From Camelus ferus (lineage: Eukaryota): 64,000 nucleotides of DNA. Where the stretch lies: the NCBI RefSeq assembly GCF_009834535.1, contig NC_045696.1, forward strand, positions 16,060,001 to 16,124,000, read 5' to 3'. Position 1 is the first letter of the stretch. Every line of letters begins with the position of its first letter. Below the pieces are notes generated by a model. That model did not search any database and had not been told where the DNA came from. It worked only from the letters and a program-made list of their open reading frames with translations. Both the position numbers and the translations under genes were made by a program. Positions 25,325 through 36,850 of the stretch are shown here, piece after piece.

Positions 25325-28300
25325 GTAAGTCTCCGCCGGGGACCAGCCGCTCGTGTTGGACCCCGTGCGGCTTTTTTAAAATTCAGCTTCTTTTATGTTT
25401 GTATTTTATCTCTTGCAGTAAACATCTCGGTTCCTAATGATTCACCATTCCCTTAATATAAATACTTGCTTTACCCTGCAGTATGGAAAAATATGTTTGT
25501 AATTATGTCCTGTAACAACCATCATTAAACCAACTGCAATAGAATATTGTATGGCAAATATCCTTCATTTAAAAGAGCTATAAAAGATCCCAACTGAGTA
25601 AAGTTTAAGATATCTTGGCCCTTACTTTTCTCTTTAGAGTAGATCCCACTGTGGCTGTGCAGTCAAGGTATTGTGTTTAAAAGTAACTGGAATTAATTTT
25701 CTCTCTGTTACCAATTTGATATATTTTAGTACATACATTTGTTTATATTGAATTTTAGTTTTTCTCTCATTTTTACTATTCGAAAATGTAAGACATTTAC
25801 ATTGTTAAAGTATTGAAAATAAGTTGCACTCAGGAATCTCACTTGCCACCCACCCTCTGTTACTAAACATTTTTCATTGTTCTTGATTAATCCTTCTTGC
25901 AAAAGAGAGGATGTTATGTTTTCCCTTGTTTTTCTCATAAAAAATGTGGCTTACGGTAAGCACTGTTCTGCACTTTGCTTTTTTAACGTAACTTTTAGAT
26001 CCTGGAAATCATCCCCTTACCCTTTGTAGAGATCTTCAGCCTTTGTATAACTTTTCCTAGTTTTCTTGCTATTATTGTATATGGTATGGTATATTGTTAT
26101 TTTTAAAATTAATTTTTAAAATTAATTCAGTTTAAAATAGCTGGAGTCCACGGCATTTTGGCCCATATTTCTAGACAATTATCTATTCCTAGGATATGCG
26201 ACTCTTTGTGTTTTAAGAACATTTAAAGGAATTATTCTTATACCTCTTGGCAAAGCAAAATCCTTTACCTTCCATAAACAACCTATAACCTGGCAACATT
26301 TTCTTTGTTGTAATCTTTTATGTACTAAAAAAGTACTAAAAATTTTCATTAGCCTTTTTTGATCCAAGCTGAGTGTTTAATGAAATATATATATGTATAC
26401 ATATTTTAAACACACACACATATATATACGATTTTTTATTAGTAGCACAATAAGAAAGGACAATCTCTAAATTTTAATTCTTGTGTTTTGAGAATCAAAA
26501 AAGCATCTACAGTTGTCACAATATCAAGTAATTTTTATCTTGAAGGAGTCCTATGATGTGAAAAAATAATTCTTTATATTTAGGTAGAAATCACTAATAT
26601 CTGTGCCCTTTATATTTTTCTTAAAAGCATTGATTAAATAGAAATTGATAATAAATTCACTTTTGCCCAGATATGACATTTCTAAAATATACATTTTGGA
26701 AATAATACTCACATTCAACTGAAGAGTTCCTCCAGTACAATTTCATAGATGAGTTATGAGTTTGGAAGTTGAAACTCTGTGTGTGCACGCTTACAGGCTT
26801 TTGATACCATTTTACTTTTCTGGATATACATGCATATTAGGCATTCTGAATGTTAAATAAACTTTATTTAGAGACTGGAACTCAAATTTAGTAAGTGACA
26901 TTGACCACATCATTATTTTTTGTTGAATGTCTGTTTCAATACATGTGTCATGGTTTGCATCAAAGTTTTTCCTCCGTGTCAGTTATAAATAATCAGATGT
27001 CTTTACAGTTGTATGATGACTCTATAAAAAATACTCTTCATGGCTCTGAGAACAACCCTCCTTCCTTTCCCACTTAGAGAGCCCACTGATGCCTGGGCAG
27101 CTTCACTTCCTGTTCTAGTCTGTTGTTTGTCCCAGGGCTAAGCCACAGAGTGGTTGTTCCTAGACCCAGACTTTGCCGGATTGTTGGTGGCCACGAGGTG
27201 GGGGCAGGGAGGGTGAGCCCTTTCGTTGTTTCTCCTTTGTCTTGCAATTGTGGTTATATCTGCCTGTCTCAGCTCCCCAGCTACAGAGGCCTTGTAGGAT
27301 GAAGCACACAGGTCAGAATCTTAAGATGGATTAGACAAACATTATACTGAAGAAGTAAGAAAGGGCCAGGATATCAGGCCTTGTGAGCCCTTTTAATGAA
27401 TTTGGTCTTTATTCTGTAACAACAGGAAGTGTCATTGAAGGTTTTTTTTTTTTTTTTTAAAGGAAGGAGAATTGGGGGCTGTCTGTAGAGAGGGTATCTC
27501 TCGGTGCTAAGGATGCAATTATGAGTGGAACACAGGACCTATTCTTAAAGGAGGGACCTAAAGGGAGAGAAAAGCCTATAAAATAACGTTAGCAACATAA
27601 GAACCGGTGATGATGATGATGTTGGCACATGTCTGTGATGTCGATGATGCTAGTACCAACTAACTTTTATTGAACATTTAAAAAATGCCAAGCTACCTCG
27701 TCAAGTGTTTGCCTTCGGTTTACGCTACTGGTGCCTCTGGGGGAGAATCTTGGGAAAGAAACTTGGTGAATTGCAACATTTAAGGGGAACAAAGGGAAAT
27801 AATCAATGGAGGAGGAGCAGTGGCTAAAAACCTAGGATCAGAACTAGGTGCTGTTAGGTTCTGGAAGTCAAACTCGGTTAATATCTAACCAAGGGAAATG
27901 ACAAGAGTGCAGGTGTGATGCCTACCAGAAATGATTGAAGTGTAATTTTTCACAACGCAAATCGTGACTCCCTTGCAAAGTGAACGCACGTCAAAGATTT
28001 TACTCAGTTCATTAATTAATCAGGTAACCTGTAAGATGTAAACCAGTCTGACTTGAAGAGATTTAAATTCTTTTTCCAACAAACTTCATTCACGTGGCTG
28101 TGAACAGGAATCATCTGGTCTGCGTTGTGTGGGACAGGAAACATTTACATTGGCAATGCAAGTAGTTTATATGTAAAATAGCCTATAGCAAGTCCTGATA
28201 GAATCAGATAATCTTCTCCCCTACCACTCCCAGACTCTGAAAGACAACACCTACATTTTACTGCTAGAACACTCAGTTTATAATCTCTTTTGCCCATTTC

Positions 28301-28734
28301 TAAGTCACGGACTTAGAAATGTTTTATAATAAAACATTCTTCTAATTTGGCAAATCAAAGTTCATTGTTGATCTTTGAGAGGGCAATTTCAAGGGAATAG
28401 CATGGGAAGAAGTCAAATTGCAGTAGGTTACAGGAAGAAAAACATGAATGGGTGGTGAAACCATCTCTGGACTCTTTGAGGAAAGACCTAGAGGCAAAGA
28501 GCCTGTGGGCAATTCACAGAAAAGGGAAAGGCTTTGTTTTTTTTGTTGGGCTTTGTTTTTAAAGGGAACGAACTTCAGCTGAGGGAAGCTTAAACTAAAC
28601 TCTGAAGAGTAGATGTCTATCATAAGGAGACTGGGCTCAAGCACCTGGAAGACTAGGGAGAAATGAGATCCAGTGGATAAGTGTTTGGCTGAGTCTTAGG
28701 AGAATAAGGGATGGGGAAATAGTCAGGGGGGTTA

Positions 28735-29290
28735 CTTAGGCAGTGTCTGTTGCCAGGTGATCAAAACCCACTAAACAACTGTACATGGAGGATATTTTCT
28801 CCCATGGGTGGGGAGGGTCATGGGGTGAGGATAACTCACAAAAAAGGCATCCAGAAATCAGGTCCTCAGATATCAGCACACTCAGTGCTGCCTGGAATGT
28901 CTCCGTTGGGGTCTCTTATTTTCTACTTATCTTTTCTCCTTCACATTCACCTTGTTTTCTCCTGCAAAGATGGGTTCTTCTTGGAGGCCAGGGAAGGTGG
29001 CAGCCAGTACCTCTGGGAGTGTGTCGTTCCAGCTTGGACCCCCAACTCTTTTTGGCCAGCGTGCACTCTAATTCCCAGGAGGAGTTCTCTCTGATCCTGC
29101 TTTTGTTCACACAGCTATATTTGGACCAGTGACCATATCCACAAGGACTCAGTACTGGGACTGGCCCACCTTGGTCGTGAGGGTGTGTGTCTTGTCTGGC
29201 AGCTCAATCAGAGCCACGTGTTGTGGGGAGAGGAGCTCTGGCCAGAAAAAAAAGGATGAAGAATGGCATGGGAGCCAAATAGAAAAATGA
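28735..29290 (-). mobile_element. Ancient ERVL-type LTR remnant (LTR33/LTR16-like); boundaries approximate
   Basis: gttgccaggtgatcaaaaccca start and ctctgat…ggaccagtgacc…gactggccca motifs resemble this class. Confidence 0.45.
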
Positions 29291-29609
29291 CCACAGCCCA
29301 ACACAATGGGCTTAGAAACACGCAGTGCCTTTTAAAAGTGGTATAGGTTGGAGAGTGGGTAGCTGAGGGAATTCATAGTGCATCATGACTTTAACCGGCT
29401 TTTGGGAAGATGTTGGGGAGGTGGGTGTTGGAGAGGGGCTCACTCAGAATCTTTGGTGCTTCCTAAACTATGTAGAACATTCGATATTGATATTTTGGGG
29501 TCTTCCTGTCGCCTCTCACTTTGTACACATTCTGATATTGTCCTTTTGTAATTGGAAATAATGAATAGTTTTCATTTGTAGGATTGAATTATGGGGGAGT
29601 TTGTATGCC

Positions 29610-29633
29610 TTTGTTTGTTTGTTTGTTTGTTTG
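29610..29633. repeat. (TTTG)6 microsatellite
   Basis: Read directly. Confidence 0.92.
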
Positions 29634-30885
29634 TGTTTTTAGCTTCATGTTTTTCAGACAGTTGATTGATTCCCTGCTAAGAAAGTCAAGGAAAATAATG
29701 CTCATAATTTTTCTACCTCCCCTTCTCACAGGTTTTGTAAGTTAATATTGTTTTTATATTCTCAGAGTTTACTATTATAGTCTGTTCTGTTGCTATAATT
29801 CCCACAGTCGTCAGTTCCTTCACTGGATTCATTGTTTACAACCGATTCTTTCACCAAAGCATTTCTATTCCTATATTATTTATTTTGATTCCTCTATGTT
29901 TTGGGATCCCTGTCAACTTACTTAGTTATTTCCAGAAGCTGTTCTTACTGAACAATAGCTTAGTTAGGTATAGAATTCCAGGTTGACAGGTATTTGCTTC
30001 AGCACCATGAAGACACTTACCACTATATTCTGACACCTATCATTGTGCAAATTCCTTTTTAAAAAATCTACAGAAACCATCACTGTTACTATTTACAGTG
30101 CTCTTCACTGACTGATTATTTTCTCCCGATAGTGATAAATAATTTTTTTCCTTATGTGCTCCATCCCTCTCGTGACCAAAACACAGATATTGTAGAGACA
30201 GCTGGCTGAGTCACAGAGGCAGCTGTTAGCAGTCTGTGGTCCTAGGACAGAATCAAACCAACTAAATTCATCACCGTGACCTCATTTTGACCTTGTTAAT
30301 TTAACTCACTTGTGAAATTTGTTTTTCCAGAGGATTGCCTGTATAGCTGCACATCGTATCTGTTGGTGCTGGTGCTTAGCTTAATATGATGTGTCAGATA
30401 TTACTGCTTTGATGATGGATTGTCTAGTCAATGTCCTTCATAGTATCAGGTTCCTCTTGATTTGTATTCCCTGATGTTGGTGGTTTTGCTGTTATTTATT
30501 GTCAATGTGGTCATTTTTGCCTCCTGATTGCTTTGGTCCTATCGTTGATAAGGGGCAAGATTAGGGAGAAAAAAGTAAAAATTGAGTCTTTTACCTTTGT
30601 TCTTGATTGTAAGCCCTTATAAAGTTAGATTGGGATGACAGTTTGAAACTTAGGGTTTAAATTGTGTATTTGTTCAAGCAGTGTTTTATCCCATATCATC
30701 CAAATTCTTGGTACCTGTAAATTCTCTCTTGTTCCCCAATCATAATAATTATGCTTCTGCCCTGTCATCATTCAAATATTTGCATTTTCAAAATGTGAAA
30801 ATTTTCTTTACATATTTTTTATTAGCATAGTCGGCGCTATTCTTTCTTTCTTTCTTTCTTTTTTAATCAAATGTGCCTTGAGGAC

Positions 30886-31286
30886 TTCTGTAGACTGAAT
30901 GTTTGTGTCTTCTCCAAAATTCATACAGTGAAGCACTAAGGTCCAATGTGATGATATCTGGAGGTAGAGCTTTTGATAGGTAATCAAGGTTAGATGAGGT
31001 CATGAGGGTGGGGCCTTCATGAGAGGATTAGTGCCCTTATAAGAAGAGACACGACACCAGAGAGCTTGCAGAGAGTTTGCCCTCTCCTCCTGCTCACACA
31101 AAAAGGTAATGTGAGGCCACAGGGAGAAGATGTCAATCTGCAAACCAGGAAGAGACTTCTCCAGGACCTGCCTGTGCTGGCACCCTGATCTCAGACTGCC
31201 AGCTCTCAGACCTGTGAGAAAATAAATCCCTGTTATTTAAGCCACCCAGTCTATGGTAATTTGTTATGGCAGCCTGAGCTAAGACT
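30886..31286 (+). mobile_element. MLT1A-type solo LTR
   Basis: gactgaatgtttgtgtc…ccaaaattcata…ttagatgaggtcatgagggtggggcc…gattagtgcccttataagaagagac…gagaaaataaat…aagccacccagtctatgg…ctaagac. Confidence 0.92.
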
Positions 31287-31794
31287 GGGAATTATACTGG
31301 GGATCCCTGGGCAAAGGGATTCTGGAGATCATGCTTTACAAAGCATTTTCTCCAACGTTTAACTTTGATCCAGAGCACATGAGCTGTCATTCAGTAACTG
31401 CTTGTGGACGGCCTATTGCCGGCACAAGGATGGAAACTGGATGAGGCAGGTGCTCCACATCACTCTTGGCACTGGAAAGCCTCCCCTGAGATGGCCTTGT
31501 GGGCTCCTCCTGCAGAGACTGCTTCTTTCCATTGACAGAATTCCAAAGAAATGTTTAAGCAAGAATTGGGGTTCTTGGTCCATAGTCCAGATTTGCCCTC
31601 AGTTTATTTTCACCCAGTTAAACACAGTGTCATGATAACCCTCAATAAGAGAGTAATACACATAGAGTATGGCTTGATATATTCAGTCAAATGTACCAAA
31701 TGATCATAAAGTCTGCTTCCTGAAAACAGGAAGGAAACCTTACGTTGTTCTTTGTGTCACCCTGTGTTAATATGTTGTCACTGACTCTTGATGA

Positions 31795-32142
31795 ATCACA
31801 TCTTCCAGTAGTTAACTTCAGTCTTGGTTGGACATGAGACTTGCTTTAGCCAGTAGAATGGAGTGGTTTAGTTCTGAGTCTAACCCTTAAGAAGGCCTGG
31901 AAGTTTCTCCTTTTGTGCTCTGAGAAGGCAACCATGGGAGAAGCCCAAGTGGAAGAAAATGGAGGCTGTCATTCACTAGCCCTCGCTGCCCTCCCAGCCA
32001 GCTGCTGGCACCAACCAGCAGCCACGTATGCAAGGCCAGGTTGGACCCAGCAGCCTTCCTTGCAGTCCTCCCGCTGACAACACCATGTGAAGAAGGATAG
32101 TTGCTCAGCTGACTCACGGAATTGTGAGAAATTCTAAATTAT
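31795..32142 (+). mobile_element. MLT1 (G/H-like) LTR, 3'-truncated
   Basis: gacttgctttagccagtagaatg…cttaagaaggcctg…gcaccaaccagcagccacgt…gaattgtgagaaat. Confidence 0.75.
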
Positions 32143-32670
32143 TGTGTGTTAGCTGGCCTTCAAGATGGCTCCCAGCAGTACTGGACTCCCTTCTCGTATT
32201 TACATCCACATGTAGTGTCTTCCCACTGTGCACAGGGCTGACATTTGTAACCAACAGGATTTCAGAAAAATCACAGTGTGTGACTTTTGAGGCTGGATCA
32301 TAAAAGATGTGTGGCTTCTGTCTTGCGCTACGTCTTTTGCCGTGGTGGGAGCTAGCTGCCATGGCATGAGGACACTCAAGCAGCACCATGGAGCCGTGCA
32401 CTTGCTGCAGAACTGAGCGCTCCTGCCAACAGCCGGCACTGACTTGTGCCCACTCAGCCACGTGGAAGTGGATCCTGTGGCCCAGCCAAGCCTTCATTTG
32501 ACCGCAGCCCCTGCTGACATCTTGACTGCACCCACGTAAGAGTCAGCGTCCCTCAGCTAAGCCTCTTACGGATTCCTGACCCACAGAAACTGTGTGAGGA
32601 AAGAAATGCTTACTGTTTGAAGTTACTAAGTTTGGAGATACTTTGTGTGCAGTAATAGATGACCACAACA
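32143..32670 (+). mobile_element. MLT1F-type solo LTR
   Basis: caagatggctccca…gtgacttttgaggctggatcataaaag…gaggacactcaagcag…tgacatcttgactgca…gattcctgacccacagaaactgtg…actaagtttgg…aatagatgaccacaaca. Confidence 0.88.
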
Positions 32671-35600
32671 GACACTCCCTTAATGATTATTTTCCTCTGT
32701 GGTCCCTTTGATAGAAAAAAAAATTTCCTTTTCTTCATTCTATAGGAGATGCGGAAACATCATGGGAGCAATTTGAAAATTACCATATAAATGAGTCATC
32801 ATGTGACAGCCTGAAGTGGCCACTCGCCTTCACGAGCTGTTACATAACCCAGACGTTGGCCTAAGGCACCTAAGAGTCTTACACATAGATCAAAATTAAG
32901 ATACTCTTCCCCTTGAAACATACATTATCAGGTCTAGGGAGAAAAATTAGAATTTCTAGATTTTGTTATCCCTTTTCTTTTGAATGAAATGAAATTTCAA
33001 AACAAAACAAAACATTGTTTTATTTAAATCAAAGGCTTTAGGTTAGGAAAAGAAAAAATTGCAAGTGTACTTCAGTTCTTCATCTGAAGAACCCTGTTCC
33101 ATTCCCAAATTTAATTTAGGCAAATTGAGCAGGTATTTACTGGTTCAGGAGAGGATTTTGTGTCGCGTGTTGCTGAGTGGCCATTCTTGCACAGAAGGAG
33201 CTTATACATATACGATTAGATAAATTGAGAAAAGAATTTAGGAGATTGAAAAGGTGGAATGAAGACGTAAAGTAAAGGATCTTGATTGTAATCTGGGGTT
33301 TGGGATCTAATTTTAGAGATGACTAAAGGCTAAGGGACTGTTCTTAACAGGAGTGTTTTCTGATTGAGACACTTCTGGAAAAATTAGCCTGTATCCAAGT
33401 GTAAGTTGGACTTGGGAGAGAAGGGAATTCAAGTCTTAAGGTGCTGGTGGGAAAGGGGTGGGAAAGATCACTCTGCCCATCCTTGTTGTGTAGATGAGCA
33501 GGTATGCCAGGCCCCAAGATGCTGCTATAAGGAAGCCTTAGGGTTAAGTGTAGAAAAGGGGGGGCATGGGCTTCCCTATCAGACCTCCATTCACATGCAG
33601 CCTTTGCTCTTTGACACCTGAGCAGTCCAGGAAAGTTGCCCAACCAAACTTAGACCATGGCTTCCTTTTATGATAGGAGGATAGAGGTACCGTTGTAAAA
33701 GTTAAACATTGTTGATTAAACAAGAAACTGTATAAGTCCCAGTACTGTTCTTCCTCCTCTTTCAGGGAGAGAACTTAAAACACAGGCTCCCTGACATGCA
33801 GAGCACCTCCTGCGAGGTAGGGGCTTAGAGCAGGTGACCATGGCTCTGCTAACTCACATTGGGAGCAGGTCTCTAAGAGAGAGTTTTGAACAAGTTAAGC
33901 CTCAAGCCCTGGAACAGATGTCCAACTGGGAAACCTAGACAGGTGAATGTGGCTTTGCTTACAGTCTCTTCCATTAGATTGTGAGTATACTTTCTTTTTC
34001 CAAAGTGTTTTCTTTCCACAGTTCACAATATGTATTCTGTTTCTTTAACCTTCTTGCTCTAAATGAACTGTTGTTTTGTCTATAAATTAGCGGGATCACC
34101 AAACAAAGCATACCACTGCTTGAACCAAACAAAGATGGCCTGTTGGATGAGTGAACAAAGCCATGTCCTTTGCCCAACTAACTCTCTCCTCTAAAATATA
34201 TAACTCAGCAGGGACTCCCAGATAAAACTTGTTTGTCTTCCTTGATGTTTTCATTCTATAGTAATGTGAAGTTAAAATTAATTTTAAAAAAACCCAGCAT
34301 ATGTGATTGTTTTAATCTGACTAGCTTTGAGGACATTTTGTAGACACACCCGTATGGTAGATGCTGTGGTACCTTCTTGGCCATTATTATTTTGCTATAT
34401 GGACTGTCCACTTTTATGGGCTTAAAACTGACCCACGCATGACAGGCACCTATGCGTTGTGGTTTGATTCTTGAAAGATCCAAAAATTCTTATTAAGTGA
34501 AATAGTTTTTGAGTAGAGGTATCCAGCTACCTCTACATGAGGATAGATATATTTTGCATGTTATTGGTCTTGTGCATTTATAAAGATTGCTTGCACAAAC
34601 CATAGGATTCAGAAGTAAAAGAGATGAAACCAGTTTGGTTCTCCCCCCGCCCCATTATCATTTAATCAAATTAATGTTTGATTTGACATTTATCCTGGTT
34701 CCTGTCTAGCTCTTTGCTAAATGCATCCTCAATTATAACGTATTTGCAGTAATACTATAGACTTCTAGATTTGGCATGTTTATTTTTTATGCTTATTATG
34801 TATTTATTTTATATTTATTTATCGAAAATGTTTTTCCTGCAGTATATTTTTTTCTTTTTTCCTTTTAGCTTTATTGAGGTACCAATAACAAATAACCTTG
34901 TATAGTTTGGACATTTTAAAAATAAGGAAGTCAGCCATAAATTGACAGAGAGCATGAGCATCTTGGCTACATGTGGACACAGCTGTTTGTGTTTCCACAT
35001 TCTTGTCTTGTCTTGTTTATTTTGGTGTCCCCTCCTCCCTCATTTGTTTTTCCATTCAGCACATTAGCGTAAGAGTAACTTACATATCCAACAAGGTTCT
35101 TGGACAATATTTTCCAACTCTGAGAATGAATGTATGTATATGAGAATATATTTGTATCCAGTGTGAGAAACAGACTTGGGCCAGATTATTGGGAAACAGG
35201 CTAGCGCCCTGCGGCATTTTGTGTCCCTTACTCCTACGTAAGGTCATCATTGTGAAACCCCAGCGCTGTTCAGACCTCCCAGTATTGCAGTGGTGTTTCA
35301 TCAGCTCTACTGTACTTCCCAGCACCTCATGAAATTGTAATCAGAGAATGTTTTTGGTTTCCAGTTCTCTTTCTCAATTAAATTAGATACTGTTTCCAGT
35401 ATCTCCCATTATTCCAAGAATTTGTGTTGCGAAGCAGTTTCAGGTATGATTTTTCTTCGTATTCCAGAAAACCTTAGAGGAAAGAGTATGTTATTTTCAT
35501 CCAGAAACAGAAATATATGCTCTAGGACATGCTTTGTTTCGGTTTGGACACTGGAGTGGAAGTCATTTAAAACTTAGAATTAATACACTCTTTGAGTGCT

Positions 35601-36828
35601 CAGAGATGTCACTTACTTTTGTTGTTCTGGCTTCATCAATTCCATCTTTGATGAAATGGAGCGATTACCAACTGATAGAGGTTTACAGGACCTGCTACAC
35701 ATAAAACATTTGTAATGATTCAGGCATATAGTAAACCCTCAATTATATATTTTTCTTTTTGGCCTCTTGGCTGTATTCTTTGAGCAAGAAATTGATATGT
35801 AAAAACTTTCACAGGATGAAAATATCCCATGATCCATCGGCTAGCTCTATGCCATTTTACTATAGTTTGATTTTTTTTGTTTCATGCGTATGTTAAGACA
35901 TGCTAGCTAGCTGACATCATGCGTTTACAGTTAAGTTCTTGGTTTGGTTTGTTTGCGTTTTGTTTTTTCACTTGTAATGTAAATTTAGAAATCTGACTTT
36001 GTTTCCACTGGGCTAGTTTTTTTTTTTTTTTAACTGTTAGTTCTTTGTAATTCAAAATTTCAAGCATATGTGAAAGTAGAAAGAATAGTATAACGAAAGC
36101 CCCATGTGCTTATCATTTCCAATAGTTACTCTTATTCTAGGATGTCTGGAATCCAAGTTCTCTACCTTACCTCCTTCAGAGTCTGCATTATTTCTCGCAA
36201 GCCCATGTGCAGACAGATGTGTTGCTTGTCCCTTTTGCAGTCTGTAAATTGATGAAGATGAATTAAACAACACATGTTATTTACTGACTTCTGACTTACG
36301 TGTTTAAAATACCATTTTATTAACACTGCATGGTTTCCAGCATGTTTTTTCAAGAAAGAAATATCCTGGAGAACCCGATCAAAAATCGATTTCAAAAGTT
36401 GAAAGACTAGAAAGAACAGTAAGCAAATTATTTTCAGAATTAGTAGCAATTCCCATTCCCTGACCACAAACTCTGTTTTTAGCCTTTTATTGGCCACATT
36501 TGATTTTGTGTTCTTCGGAACCTGCTTGGTCATTTAGAACCTAATTGTGTGTAAATATGACTTTGGGCATTAATTAATCCTTTGTTCCAGGTGGCCAGAT
36601 GCAAAAGGATGCTCTGAGGGTTCTCCTATTTGTCCTTAATATTGGGAATAAAGGAGAGTTTTTGTAGCACTCTAACAGCATACGTCTTAGAGAAATATTT
36701 TTATATTTCTGTATATATAACTATATGTTCTTGACTTTCTTAAATATCATCAGTGTCTTTTTTTGCTTTGGGTATTTAACAACTTAAATGTCATCTTGTC
36801 TGAGATTAATATAGCTCCCATTTGGATA

Positions 36829-36850
36829 GACAGAGAGAGAGAGAGAGAGA
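36829..36850. repeat. (GA)n microsatellite
   Basis: Read directly. Confidence 0.9.

Noticed and set aside
25046..25456. 136-aa ORF as a single-exon gene
   Set aside because: Only 25157-25324 matches APP and it has canonical splice sites. The flanks are read-through into introns.
27940..28340. Possible ancient LTR
   Set aside because: LTR-like wording, but I could not fix the ends, TSD or family, so it is not listed as a feature.
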